A stretch of DNA of 64,000 bases, taken from Candidatus Multivoradales bacterium. GTDB taxonomy: Bacteria > Acidobacteriota > Thermoanaerobaculia > Multivoradales > Multivoraceae. Numbering within the stretch: position 1 is the first letter of the stretch; each line of letters starts with the position of its first letter. A program made the translations under genes and the position numbers. Where the stretch lies: the NCBI GenBank assembly GCA_965223325.1, contig CBDCWI010000001.1, positions 736,001 through 800,000 on the forward strand. The letters are read 5' to 3'. A model generated the notes under the pieces. The model had not been told where the DNA came from. It was given only the letters and a program-made list of their open reading frames with translations, and searched no databases. Positions 19,581-29,396 of the stretch are shown piece after piece.

Positions 19581-20057
19581 GTGAACACCGACCAGACCGC
19601 ACGCACCGTCCCGTATACGTCGATTGCGATCCTCCTCGCAACCGCCCTCACCTTCTCGGTCACTCCGGGAACGGCCCACGCCTCCGACCCCACATCGGCT
19701 GCGACCGAGGAGGACGCCGTCCGCGATCTCGAAGGAACCTGGCGCGTCCAAAGCGGCGCATCGTCGGACTACGTGCGCTTTGGCGCCAACCACGTGCTCA
19801 CCTGGTACGCCTACGAAAAAGACGAGTGCGTGAGTTCGCGCCACACCTATCGCCTGCAGGGCGACCGGTTCCTCGCTACGCCGGCGCTTCCCGACGGGCG
19901 CAGCTGGTGGCAAATGAAGCAGGAAACCAACAGCCGCATTCGCTTTCTCGAACGTCGCGTCGGCGACAACGGGGAGCAGCTATCGAAGCGCCTGTTCCTG
20001 ATGCGTGCCGCGCTGCCCCAGCGCGACGAGCCGTGCGCGCCTCGCGAACGAAACTAG
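19581..20057 (+). CDS. Hypothetical exported protein
   Basis: GTG start inferred; signal-peptide-like 'IAILLATALTFSVTPGTAHA', then 'LEGTW' and a beta-rich region. Confidence 0.55.
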   Translation: MNTDQTARTVPYTSIAILLATALTFSVTPGTAHASDPTSAATEEDAVRDLEGTWRVQSGASSDYVRFGANHVLTWYAYEKDECVSSRHTYRLQGDRFLATPALPDGRSWWQMKQETNSRIRFLERRVGDNGEQLSKRLFLMRAALPQRDEPCAPRERN

Positions 20058-20072
20058 TACCAACGCGAGACG

Positions 20073-20102
20073 AAAAAGGGAGGCAGCCGAAGTTGCCTCC
20101 CT
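20073..20102 (-). terminator. Intrinsic terminator downstream of the peptidase gene
   Basis: Minus strand reads AGGGAGGCAAC-TTCG-GCTGCCTCCCT-TTTT: GC stem, UUCG loop, U tract; lies between convergent genes. Confidence 0.8.
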
Positions 20103-20157
20103 CATGCATCCACTGGGGCCTTCATCCGAAGAGAAGGTAACCCAGCCGTCGAGCGAC

Positions 20158-22122
20158 CTACTTGATGGCGGACCAGCCGTCGGTGCCGGACTCGAAGCTG
20201 TCACGCATGATCAGCGACCCAGGCGGCAGCGTCTTGACCTTCTCGGCGAGCTCGACGAAGCGCACCGGATCGACCAGACCGCGGCCCGAGCCGATGTCGG
20301 CGCCCGGCGGCGACACGTCTTTGGCCGAAAGGTCGAGCAGGGCCTTGAGGTCGGTGTTGGTGAGGCCGGCGTTCTGTCCGAGACCCAGGGCCGCAATCGC
20401 GGCAACGTGAGGCGCAGAGGCCGAGGTGCCGAAGAACGTCGTCGGGAAACCGCCGTTACCGGTCACCGAAACACCATCGACACCGGTCACGTCAGGCTTG
20501 CCGCGCTCCATCGGCATCGGTGTACCGTCCTTCGTGAACCAGATGTGTCCCGGGCCCATCGAGCTGAAAGGCTCGAGGATGTCGAGATCCGGGTTCGGGG
20601 TCCCGTCAATGTTGGCAACCGCACCCATCGCCGCGACCGTCACTGCGCCTTTGGCTTCGGGATGGCCGAACATCGAGTTCCTCGGCACGTTGAAGGTCGG
20701 GGTCATGGCGAAGAAGCCGTTGAAGAAGAGCTCGAACTGCTTGATCCCGGCCGCCGCGTAGCGATCGACACCGACAAAGAAGGAAAGGATGTTGTCGAAG
20801 GGACCCGGCGCCGAGTCGTTGACGACGAAGGCCACTTCGAACGGGTCCTCGGACCCGGCCTGGATCGCGCCACCGATGGCACCGATCGGGAAGAGCCCAG
20901 CCGGATCGCCGGCGAGGAAGCCGAACTCGTCGAACATGTAGAGGTCGAAGTCGACCGCTGCCTGACCCATCGGCTCATTCCAGTACATGAAGGTGGCCGC
21001 GAAGTTGCCGCCGCTGGCCACGACACCACGCCAGAGTGGGTCCGGTGCCCCGCCCAGGGATGCTGCAAAGTCATGCAGGTCGACGAGCGGGAACTCGAGA
21101 TCGGTGCCGGGAGTGATGTCGACGAACTCACCGAGGTAGTGGTCCTGGCGCTGGTTGCCTGCCGAGGTCAGGTAGAGCGTGCCGTTGGCATCTACTGCAT
21201 CGACGGCCTGCGAGATGACGCCATCCTGGAAGTAAGGCTCGGTGAGGTAGCCGACGTCATCGACGACGATGTCGCAACCCTCGCCACCGAAGGCGTCTTC
21301 GGAGAGCCAGGTGACGGCATTGGCAAGACCAACCTGACCAGCGTCACTGAAGGCCGGGCAGAAGCCAAGCTTGGCGTCAGGAGCGACGTCATGGATGATC
21401 TCGAGCATCGCCGTTCCCTCGGCGCCCTGGTCGTCATTCAGCGGGCAGATCTCGAGATCCGGCGGTAGGTCACCGCTCGCCCGCGAGTCGTCGATCCCGC
21501 CGATACCGTTCGAGATCACACACACCGAGGTGCCCGCGCCTTTGATACCCCGAGCGTGCAGGGTGTCGATCATCTGCACCGGAACGCCCTCGCTCTCGAC
21601 CGACCCGACATGCACCTTTTCGCCGATGACCGGCAAGATACTGCGCACCCATTCGTGGCTACCGGCACGGCGCAACACGCCACCGAGGTTGGCCAACGGA
21701 GCCCGCGCGGCGACCCGCACGCTGCCGTCGACGAGCGTGCGGTGGCTGAGAACCTCCAGACCTGCTGCGGCCAGAGTGTCCATCGCATCGGCACCAGCCT
21801 TCGACAACGCGATCTCGACCGCGATCCGGCCGTCGGTGACGCGGAAGAGTGAAGCACTGCGAAGAGCAGCGTTTTCTTCGAGCGCCCAGAGCAGGTTGCT
21901 GGCCTTGTTCTCAGCTGCGGAGCGATTGGCGCGACGCGCGCGCATGCGCTCGGCGCTGGCCTTGGCGTTGGCGAGAAACTCAGGCGTTGCATGGGTCGTT
22001 GCCGACTGCTCAGGCACCGGTAGACGATTGACCTGCGCCGTTGCCGCGGTGGAGGTGAGCGCCGCCAGCAGCAGCACGGCGAGTAGGAGAGTCAGGGTTT
22101 TCTGTGCCGAGGTTCGATTCAA
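20158..22122 (-). CDS. Secreted S8/S53-like serine peptidase
   Basis: TTG start after GGAGG; signal peptide; 'EGTAMLEIIHDVAP', 'SAGN', catalytic 'FGTSASAPHVA'; C-terminal 'IMRDSFESGTDGWS'. Confidence 0.85.
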   Translation of the reverse strand: MNRTSAQKTLTLLLAVLLLAALTSTAATAQVNRLPVPEQSATTHATPEFLANAKASAERMRARRANRSAAENKASNLLWALEENAALRSASLFRVTDGRIAVEIALSKAGADAMDTLAAAGLEVLSHRTLVDGSVRVAARAPLANLGGVLRRAGSHEWVRSILPVIGEKVHVGSVESEGVPVQMIDTLHARGIKGAGTSVCVISNGIGGIDDSRASGDLPPDLEICPLNDDQGAEGTAMLEIIHDVAPDAKLGFCPAFSDAGQVGLANAVTWLSEDAFGGEGCDIVVDDVGYLTEPYFQDGVISQAVDAVDANGTLYLTSAGNQRQDHYLGEFVDITPGTDLEFPLVDLHDFAASLGGAPDPLWRGVVASGGNFAATFMYWNEPMGQAAVDFDLYMFDEFGFLAGDPAGLFPIGAIGGAIQAGSEDPFEVAFVVNDSAPGPFDNILSFFVGVDRYAAAGIKQFELFFNGFFAMTPTFNVPRNSMFGHPEAKGAVTVAAMGAVANIDGTPNPDLDILEPFSSMGPGHIWFTKDGTPMPMERGKPDVTGVDGVSVTGNGGFPTTFFGTSASAPHVAAIAALGLGQNAGLTNTDLKALLDLSAKDVSPPGADIGSGRGLVDPVRFVELAEKVKTLPPGSLIMRDSFESGTDGWSAIK

Positions 22123-22446
22123 AGCATCCTCCCGAGTGGATTTGTCGATGGGGTGTTTCGGCGTCTTCTGCACGAGCACCCACGCACGACCATCTTCTAG
22201 TGATGGTGCGAGGGCGCGGGAAGACGGCGCCTACGCCGGGCTCAAGGAAACGATTGTCGCCTGCTGCCAGCCACAAGCAGGTAAGGCGACGATCACAGAA
22301 CAACCCGGCAGCAAAAGTCCGGAATTTTCTACATTATGCGCCGATTCCGACCTCCGGTCAAAGCTTTTCAAGAACGACTAGTTTCAAAACCCCGCGACCC
22401 TCGGATTCGACGAATCCGTCGAACTCCCCTTTGGTACCCTTCTCCG

Positions 22447-23190
22447 GTGACCCTCGAAGCCCATCCAGTCCCCGATTCCGACATTGCACCCTCGAGCTGG
22501 ACGGCCGAGATCGGACTCGTGGCGGTGGGAGGCGAGCTCACCCCCCAGCGTGTTCTGGCCGCCTACTCGCGCGGAATCTTCCCGTGGCCGCTGCTCGGCG
22601 AGGGCGAACCGGTTCTCTGGTGCAGCCCCGATCCACGTTTCGTGCTCTTTCCAGAGAACCTCCACATCCCGCGCAGCCTGGCGCGAGACATCCGCCGCCG
22701 CCCGGTGGAGATCCGCTTCGATACCGCCTTCGAAGAAGTCATGCGGCAGTGTGCACGTGCAGAAAGACCTGGGCAGTCGGGGACCTGGATCACCGAACCG
22801 ATGGTGCACGTCTACACCGTTCTCCATCGCCAGGGCTTTGCACACTCGGTTGAAGCCTGGAATGGGGATCGGCTGGTGGGCGGTCTGTACGGGATTGCCC
22901 TCGGCCGTGCCTTCTTCGGCGAGTCGATGTTCACGCTCGAGCCCAACGCCTCGAAGATCGCCTTCGTGCGGCTCGTCGAACACCTGGGCGTCAATGGCTA
23001 CATGATCGTCGATTGCCAGCAGCGCACCGATCATCTCGAGCGCTTCGGCGCCGACGACATCCCGCGCGAGCGTTTCGTCGACTACCTCGAGGTGGCGCTG
23101 ACAGCACCCGCGACCTCCACCGCGGCATGGCCCACGGGTCCCGTCTCAGAGGGGCCCGGAGAGGCCGCGCTACCGGTCGAGAGCGGGTAG
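22447..23190 (+). CDS. aat: Leucyl/phenylalanyl-tRNA--protein transferase
   Basis: 'AYSRGIFPW', 'SPDPR', 'GTWIT', 'AHSVEAW', 'GGLYG', 'FFGESMF', 'DCQ'; start approximate. Confidence 0.92.
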   Translation: MTLEAHPVPDSDIAPSSWTAEIGLVAVGGELTPQRVLAAYSRGIFPWPLLGEGEPVLWCSPDPRFVLFPENLHIPRSLARDIRRRPVEIRFDTAFEEVMRQCARAERPGQSGTWITEPMVHVYTVLHRQGFAHSVEAWNGDRLVGGLYGIALGRAFFGESMFTLEPNASKIAFVRLVEHLGVNGYMIVDCQQRTDHLERFGADDIPRERFVDYLEVALTAPATSTAAWPTGPVSEGPGEAALPVESG

Positions 23191-24192
23191 GACCTCGTTA
23201 CCCAGCAATTTGACGGCCGCTACCGGATCGGGGCCGAGGGGCGGACCGAAGGAAAGATGCCGCACACCTGCTTCGACGAGCGGTCGTAGACGATCGACAA
23301 TGTCGCGAGGCGTCCCAACGACTCCGATGCGCAGCATGTCGTCGGTCACCAGCGAGCGCGCCAGAACCGGATCACGGTCGATCGCGAGGGCGCGGCGTAC
23401 GGGCGCGAAGTCGATTCGTTCGAGCTCGAGCCGGTCGAGCAAGAGGTCACTGAGCGAGGCGCCGTAGTAGGCCACCTTGTCAGCGAGCACGGCGCGGGCC
23501 TGTGCGCGATCAGGAGCGACCGACACCCACACACAGGCGGCCGCGTCGAGCTCTCCGAGCTCAGGTGAACGGCGAGAAACCCCGCGCTCCAAGAGCGGCT
23601 CGACCGTCGACCAATGTTCGGGAGGAAAGAGAAGCGGTAGGGCGCCGTCGGCGAGCTCACCGCAAAGCTCGAGCATGCGGGGGCCCATGGCGCCGACGTA
23701 GATGGGAATCGGGCGACGACTACCCCCCTTCTCGAAGCGGGCGCCGAAGCGCAGGTAGGCCTCCTCGCGCAAGGTGACGAACGCATTGCTGGTCTCTGGT
23801 TCATAGGAACTGCCTGCCAGAAGGGCGCGCAGCGCCCGAACGGTCGAGCGCATGTCGGCCAGCGGCGTCTTGCGCTCGATTCCGATCCAGCTGAGAAAGT
23901 CGGTCGCGCCAGAACCGACCCCGAGTACGAAGCGACCGCCGCTCGCCTCGTCGAGGGTTGCCGCAACCATCGCGATCTCGGCAACGTGCATCGAATACGG
24001 GTTCATCAAGCCAATGCCGAGTTCGATGCGTTCGGTGCGGAGGGCGGCGGTTGCCTGCAACACTGGCGCGCTGCGCAGGAAGAGATCATTGCTGACCCAT
24101 AGCTGATCGAAGCCGCACTCTTCGGCGGCGACCGCCAGGTCACCGAACTGGCGAACCGACAGGTCGTTGTTGAGGCGCAATGAAAATCGCAT
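23170..24192 (-). CDS. LLM-class (luciferase-like) flavin/F420-dependent oxidoreductase
   Basis: 'AEECGFDQLW', 'TLDEASGGRFVLGVGSG', 'IPIYVGAMGPRML..GELADG'; overlaps the aat 3' end by 21 bp. Confidence 0.85.
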   Translation of the reverse strand: MRFSLRLNNDLSVRQFGDLAVAAEECGFDQLWVSNDLFLRSAPVLQATAALRTERIELGIGLMNPYSMHVAEIAMVAATLDEASGGRFVLGVGSGATDFLSWIGIERKTPLADMRSTVRALRALLAGSSYEPETSNAFVTLREEAYLRFGARFEKGGSRRPIPIYVGAMGPRMLELCGELADGALPLLFPPEHWSTVEPLLERGVSRRSPELGELDAAACVWVSVAPDRAQARAVLADKVAYYGASLSDLLLDRLELERIDFAPVRRALAIDRDPVLARSLVTDDMLRIGVVGTPRDIVDRLRPLVEAGVRHLSFGPPLGPDPVAAVKLLGNEVLPALDR

Positions 24193-24275
24193 GTTTCAGA
24201 TCGCTCAGATCGGTGTCATCGGCGACTGCCAGGACCGGGGCGCGAACGAGCCCGGCGGGCGCGCTCGGTTCGCGG

Positions 24276-24665
24276 TCAGTCGTCGACAACCGCCTCGGCT
24301 TCGATCTCGACTGAATACTCGGGCCCAACCAGCGACGCCTGAACCAGCGTGTTCGCCGGCCGGATCGAATGAAAGTACTCACCGTGGACCGTCGCGACCT
24401 CTTCCCAGTCTGAGGTATCGGCGACGAAAACACGCGTGCGCACTACATCTTCGAGACGACCGCCGAGCTGCTCGATGGCAGCGCGAATCTTCTCGAGCAC
24501 GAAACGTGTCTGGTCGGCGGCGCTGCCACCGACCGCGCCATCCGGACCGGTGGCCGTTGTTCCGGCAACCAGAATGCGGTCGCCGACGCGCAGTGCGCGC
24601 GAGTAGCCGAAGCGCTCCTCCCATTCGACCCCACTGCCAACCCGTTGCCGCTTTTTCTCACTCAC
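24276..24665 (-). CDS. RidA/YjgF-family protein
   Basis: 'GYSRALRVG', 'AGTT', 'DVVRTRVF', 'RPANT', 'VEIEAEA'. Confidence 0.9.
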   Translation of the reverse strand: MSEKKRQRVGSGVEWEERFGYSRALRVGDRILVAGTTATGPDGAVGGSAADQTRFVLEKIRAAIEQLGGRLEDVVRTRVFVADTSDWEEVATVHGEYFHSIRPANTLVQASLVGPEYSVEIEAEAVVDD

Positions 24666-25998
24666 GAACGATGTCCTCGTTCTCGAGCATCTCCTCGAGA
24701 AGAATGTCGGCGTAACTGGTGATCCAGCTCTCGACCCCAGCGACGCCGACGGTGATGATGACTCGCGAACCGTCTCGCTCGACGGTCGCCGAATCGAGCT
24801 CGACGCTCTCGGTCGAGGCGCGAGAGTCGGCGATCCGTTCGTCGAGCCAGACGCGCAACAGAGCGGCAGCAGACTCGGCCAGGTCGACCCCGGGCAAGCG
24901 CGCCGTGACGACGAACTCGGTCTCGTCCGAGGAAACGACGTCGGCGTCGAGCGTCAACCCCTCGAGCTGGTCGACCAGCTCGAGAACCAGGCCGGCGGTG
25001 CCCTCGTCGTCGGGAACAACCGGTTCGGAATGTTCGACCTCCAGTGTCGAAGCCTCGGCAACTTCCGGCGCCGGCCCACCGAAGGTCCGCTCGATCAGCT
25101 CGACGATCTTACGACCAGAGAACTGCGCGAGCTCGGCTTCGTGGGTCGCCAGCACCATGTCTGCCGAGGCGGTGGCCGCACTCGGAGGACCCGGTAAGTG
25201 ATAGCCGTGTTCGAGGTCACCGTTGGCCTCGAGCATGCGTGCGTCGACCCGGTCCAGGGAATCCTCGAGGAGCGAGGTCGAACTCGAAATCAAAAGGGTG
25301 TTGTTCCACCACGCCACCGCGAAGTCCGCTCCTCCGTTAGCACCCTCGAGCACCAGGATCTCGTGCCCATCGTGGAGGTAGCGATTGTCCTCGGTCTGAC
25401 GCCGGGTCAACCGGAAGATCAGCTTGATGAGTCGCGGGTACTTGGGAAGATTGACGGCGGTCGCGAAGTGCAGCCCGGGAGCGTCGGCCAGGCTGCCATC
25501 ACCAGCCTCGGTTTCTTCGCCAGCTCCTTCCAGGGCATGAGCCTCGTCATCCCGGTCCTGACTGACTTCCAGCACTACCGCCAGACCCTCGACCAGGGCG
25601 CCTCGAATCGAGTCGGCGTCGACCTCCTGGGCATTGAGGGATGTCATCACCGAGGCGAAACCTGGATGGATCTCCGCCATCTGCTCGCGCTGCATCTCTC
25701 GGGTGACCCGCAGGTACTCGGTCATCGCGTACACCACCAGATCGACGGCTCCGTCGTCGTCCGCCAACGGTGCAATGATCGCGGCGCCGGCGACGTCGGG
25801 CGCTACGATGGTCTGCGGCGGCACCTGCGATCCCCGCCCGACGGCCCAGATTCCCCCGAAGATCGACACCAGAATGAAGCCAACGAGCACAATGCCGGCA
25901 ACCAGCGCGCAGCCGTAGAGCACGCGCCGACCGCGCCGGCGACGCTCTTCGTTCGGCGAGGCCGCGGGGGCCGCAGCGTAGGGATTGGGGTCGGTCAC
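24658..25998 (-). CDS. Hypothetical acidic membrane-anchored protein
   Basis: Long ORF with an N-terminal Arg patch and TM helix; overlaps the ridA-like start by 8 bp; GTG start inferred. Confidence 0.65.
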   Translation of the reverse strand: MTDPNPYAAAPAASPNEERRRRGRRVLYGCALVAGIVLVGFILVSIFGGIWAVGRGSQVPPQTIVAPDVAGAAIIAPLADDDGAVDLVVYAMTEYLRVTREMQREQMAEIHPGFASVMTSLNAQEVDADSIRGALVEGLAVVLEVSQDRDDEAHALEGAGEETEAGDGSLADAPGLHFATAVNLPKYPRLIKLIFRLTRRQTEDNRYLHDGHEILVLEGANGGADFAVAWWNNTLLISSSTSLLEDSLDRVDARMLEANGDLEHGYHLPGPPSAATASADMVLATHEAELAQFSGRKIVELIERTFGGPAPEVAEASTLEVEHSEPVVPDDEGTAGLVLELVDQLEGLTLDADVVSSDETEFVVTARLPGVDLAESAAALLRVWLDERIADSRASTESVELDSATVERDGSRVIITVGVAGVESWITSYADILLEEMLENEDIVRE

Positions 25999-26090
25999 GC
26001 GGTCATTGTACGCCTGAAGGAAATTCCGAGGAATGAGCGTTTCTGGGGCTAGATCCAGGCGCCCGTTCCTGGCTTGGAGAGAAGACGTCG

Positions 26091-26103
26091 AATACAATGT
26101 ATT
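26091..26103. promoter_or_regulatory. AT-rich palindrome in a divergent promoter region (candidate operator)
   Basis: AATACA-A-TGTATT, a perfect 6-bp inverted repeat in an AT-rich patch between divergent genes. Confidence 0.3.
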
Positions 26104-26131
26104 TATTCATATTTGTCCGTGAGGATCCCTT

Positions 26132-28774
26132 TTGCAAACTGGTCACGCCGGCGACGCGCAGCAGGCACTACGCGAGTACCTGAACGACGAAACCGCAGCC
26201 CTCTTCGTCGCCGAGCCGATCGGCGAAGCGCTGCTCGCCCAACCCGAGCAGGTCAGCCGCAGCGTGCTCTCCTGGGTGGACTCGCAGGTCCAGGTCGGGC
26301 GCCACACGGTGCCGGTGCCGGACCTTCTCTTTCACGCCCTGCACAAGATCGAGCTGCTGTCGGAAACCGGCCTCGTCGAACCGGCAAGCCATCGACGCGC
26401 GGTGGGAAGACTCTCCAACACCGTCGCCACACTCCTACCGTCCGCCGAGGCTGATCGGCTGCGTAGTCGCCTCACTCGTCACAAAGAGGCCGAGGCCCGC
26501 CCGGTTCAGCTCCTGCACCAGGATGAAGAGTCGGCGCCGCGCGAACGAAACATTGGAACCGAAACCGGCACCAGAGGCGGGTCGGCCGGCGGCGGCTCGG
26601 GGAAACGAGCGCCGCTCGTGGCGGGGAACCCCGCCAGGTCCAGTGGCCTTGAGCGTGACCAGCAAGCTCCGCCTGCCGCCAGCCCGCGCGGTAAAAGGCT
26701 CGGCGAGCCGCTCGACATCGAAACCGACTTCAACCGAAAGCGTTGGCTCGAGCGCCGCAGGCGCGAACACCAACGTCGAGAACGCCTGCGCCGCGAGCAG
26801 GCGTCACTGGGACTCGACCGCTTCGAGGAGTTGAACCGGCGCCTCCAGATGATCACCAACTCTTCTCCAGCGGAGCAGCAGAAGCTACTCATCGCGGCGG
26901 CCGCCACCGCTGCAGATACCTCCCAGAACGAGGCAACCCTGGCAGCCCAGCTCGATCGCCTGCAGTCGGAGGGTCTCTTCAATCTACGCACCGATCTTCT
27001 CTTTACCCACTTGACTGCCCGTCTGCCCGACTGGGATGTCGAGTGGACGACTCCGCCGCGCGCCCTGCAATCCGTCGCTCGGGTCGTCCGGGCTGCCGGC
27101 TCTCCCGAAGAAGAACTCGACCGTCTTCGAGAGGTGTACCGCACCGCCGCTCGCTGGGTATCCCAGGGCGCGCTACGCCGCGCTCAGGGGGTGCTAGAAC
27201 TCGGAGAGTCGCTCCTACGCTCGAGCAACCTGAGCGAGCAAGAGCAGGACGAAGTACGAGCGGAGGTCGAGCGCATCGTCGACCGAGATCAGCTGCTCGA
27301 ACTCGCTGCAGAAGAAACTCGGCACGAGGCACTGCGGAACGTCTTGCGCTGGCTGCCGACCTACTCGGTGTGGCCCCTCCTCCGACAACTCACGGAAGAA
27401 CGCGAACGCGAAGTTCGTCTGGCGCTCTTGCGTCTTCTCCGCGCATGGGGCTCGGATGCACGTGAAGCCGCACTTTCACTGCTCCGCATCTCCGCCGCCC
27501 GGTCAGACGAAGAGTGCCCGTGGACGGTCACCCGCAACCTGCTCCATCTGCTGCGACGCATTCCGCTCGTCAGCGAGGGCAGGCGGGCACGGGAGCTCCA
27601 CGACGTGCGCCCTATCCTGGACCGCCCAATGCCACCGGCACTGGTGCGCGAAGCCGCCGCCTACCTCGCAACCCTCGAGCTACCGGCTGCCAGCGAACTG
27701 CTGCTCGATCTACACCAACGGGTCGAGAAAGAACAGGCCGATCCGAGCATCGGTCGCCGCCGCCGCCGCGAGCTCGCCAGAACCCGCACTCTGATTCTCG
27801 GGCAGGCTCTAAAGCACCCGACATCGACGTCGCGACGGGCGGTTCTCGACGTTCTACTGGCGTCGGGCGGCGTCGGCCCTGCGGCACGGGCACTGTTCGA
27901 GCGTATTGGCACCGTGTCTCTGGCCGGAGATCTCGAGAGTCTGTCGCGTCTGGTCGAGGTTGGGCACCGCTTGATCGATGCCAATCCGAAAACCGACGAG
28001 CCGCGCCTCGCCCGCACCCGAGGGGCAGTTCGCATCGACGCTCTAGCGAGCGTTCTCCGCGCCCTGGCGTCGACGCTTGACCCTGACGTCGACAGGCTGC
28101 TCGAAAAGGCGGCCTCGCTGGCCGACCGCGAGCTCCAGTCCACGATTCTCGAAATTCGCAGCGAGCGCGGCAAGAACGCCGCGCAGGCCGGCGACGCAGA
28201 AGACTTCGAGGGCTCGATCGAGCTTTTCGGACTGCCCGGTCTCCTCCTCAGCCTGGAGCAGAACGAGGCCACCGGCACGCTCGAACTCACCGACGAATCT
28301 GGCGAGACCCAGGCGCTCCTGCAACTCGAACGCGGTGCGCTTCGGCGCGCCAGCGTCGGAGAGCTCGAGAACGAGACGGCTGTCTACGCCCTCATGCAAC
28401 GGCCTTTGGCAACCAGGTTCCAGTTCATCTCGAGCGCCCCGCGCGCTCAACCAACGGGCACGAGCAGGTCGCTAGCGAGCGACGGACTCCACCTCGGAGC
28501 GCTCCTGCTCGAAGCGTCGCGACGCTACGACGAGTTCCAGAGCCTCCGCGCCCTGGTTGGTGACCGTTCTCCCATCCGTCGCCTCGAAACCACTGAACCA
28601 GGAGCCCACAACGATCGCGAACGAGTCCTCGCTAGAGAACTGTGGCAGGCCCTGGGCACTCAGCCGACGCCTGCCGAATGCGAAGAGATGCTCGCCCACG
28701 AGCCCTTTCGCATCCGCCGCTTGCTGGCGAGCTGGCTCGAGCAGGGAGCGGTGGCGATCGACGCACGTTTGTAG
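26132..28774 (+). CDS. Large helical protein with C-terminal DUF4388 (PatA_N-like) domain
   Basis: 880 aa; C-terminal 'FEGSIELFGLPGLLLSLEQNEATGTLEL...LLLEASRRYDE' pattern; middle region Leu/Arg-rich and HEAT-like. Confidence 0.7.
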   Translation: MQTGHAGDAQQALREYLNDETAALFVAEPIGEALLAQPEQVSRSVLSWVDSQVQVGRHTVPVPDLLFHALHKIELLSETGLVEPASHRRAVGRLSNTVATLLPSAEADRLRSRLTRHKEAEARPVQLLHQDEESAPRERNIGTETGTRGGSAGGGSGKRAPLVAGNPARSSGLERDQQAPPAASPRGKRLGEPLDIETDFNRKRWLERRRREHQRRERLRREQASLGLDRFEELNRRLQMITNSSPAEQQKLLIAAAATAADTSQNEATLAAQLDRLQSEGLFNLRTDLLFTHLTARLPDWDVEWTTPPRALQSVARVVRAAGSPEEELDRLREVYRTAARWVSQGALRRAQGVLELGESLLRSSNLSEQEQDEVRAEVERIVDRDQLLELAAEETRHEALRNVLRWLPTYSVWPLLRQLTEEREREVRLALLRLLRAWGSDAREAALSLLRISAARSDEECPWTVTRNLLHLLRRIPLVSEGRRARELHDVRPILDRPMPPALVREAAAYLATLELPAASELLLDLHQRVEKEQADPSIGRRRRRELARTRTLILGQALKHPTSTSRRAVLDVLLASGGVGPAARALFERIGTVSLAGDLESLSRLVEVGHRLIDANPKTDEPRLARTRGAVRIDALASVLRALASTLDPDVDRLLEKAASLADRELQSTILEIRSERGKNAAQAGDAEDFEGSIELFGLPGLLLSLEQNEATGTLELTDESGETQALLQLERGALRRASVGELENETAVYALMQRPLATRFQFISSAPRAQPTGTSRSLASDGLHLGALLLEASRRYDEFQSLRALVGDRSPIRRLETTEPGAHNDRERVLARELWQALGTQPTPAECEEMLAHEPFRIRRLLASWLEQGAVAIDARL

Positions 28775-28925
28775 CGCACTCTTCGCCCCAGAAGACTTGC
28801 AGGAAAGCGCTTCTTCCTGTCAGTGTCGGCCGCTCCCGCGCGACCCTTCGCACTCGTGGGCCTTTCTTGCCTTCTGTGTCGGTCGTTCTATGTCGGTCTT
28901 TCCATCCAATGAAGAACCTTCAGCC

Positions 28926-29369
28926 ATGAGACAACCAGTGCGCCCCCATCGGGCAACGTCGATTCCGCGCCGCCAGTTGCCCCACTGGCTGCTGTTGGCG
29001 GCTCTAACTGGCGCGCTGACGGTTGCCGGATGTGAACCGCGGACCTACGTTCCCGACGAGGTCGTACGGGCCCACCGCGCCGACTATCCGCTGGGACAAT
29101 TCGCACCCGGCTATGTGCGGCGTTCCGTCAGTCGCGGGCTCGAACGGGCCACCCGCATCGTGCACAAGGTCGAGGTGCGTCCCGAGGTCGCCGGCGAACT
29201 GCTGATCAAGCCGGCGGGCGAGCGTAGCCGGTTGATCGCCGCCGTTGCCTGCCCACCCGGTTCAGACCCGGTGTGGGGAAAACTGACCAGTCGCCAGGAC
29301 GTCGAGATCGAAATCTCGGCCGGCAAGGGGCCGATCGCCAACGTCGACTGTCGCTCCGAAGTCCGCTAG
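28926..29369 (+). CDS. Hypothetical lipoprotein
   Basis: Lipobox-like 'LTVAGC' after a hydrophobic stretch; two further Cys. Confidence 0.55.
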   Translation: MRQPVRPHRATSIPRRQLPHWLLLAALTGALTVAGCEPRTYVPDEVVRAHRADYPLGQFAPGYVRRSVSRGLERATRIVHKVEVRPEVAGELLIKPAGERSRLIAAVACPPGSDPVWGKLTSRQDVEIEISAGKGPIANVDCRSEVR

Positions 29370-29396
29370 CGCCAGCCCGAACGGACGTTGCAGGAC

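Noticed and set aside
26113-26136. Sigma-54 motif before the 880-aa DUF4388 gene
   Set aside because: GG-to-GC spacing is 9, not 10, and there is no TGGC.
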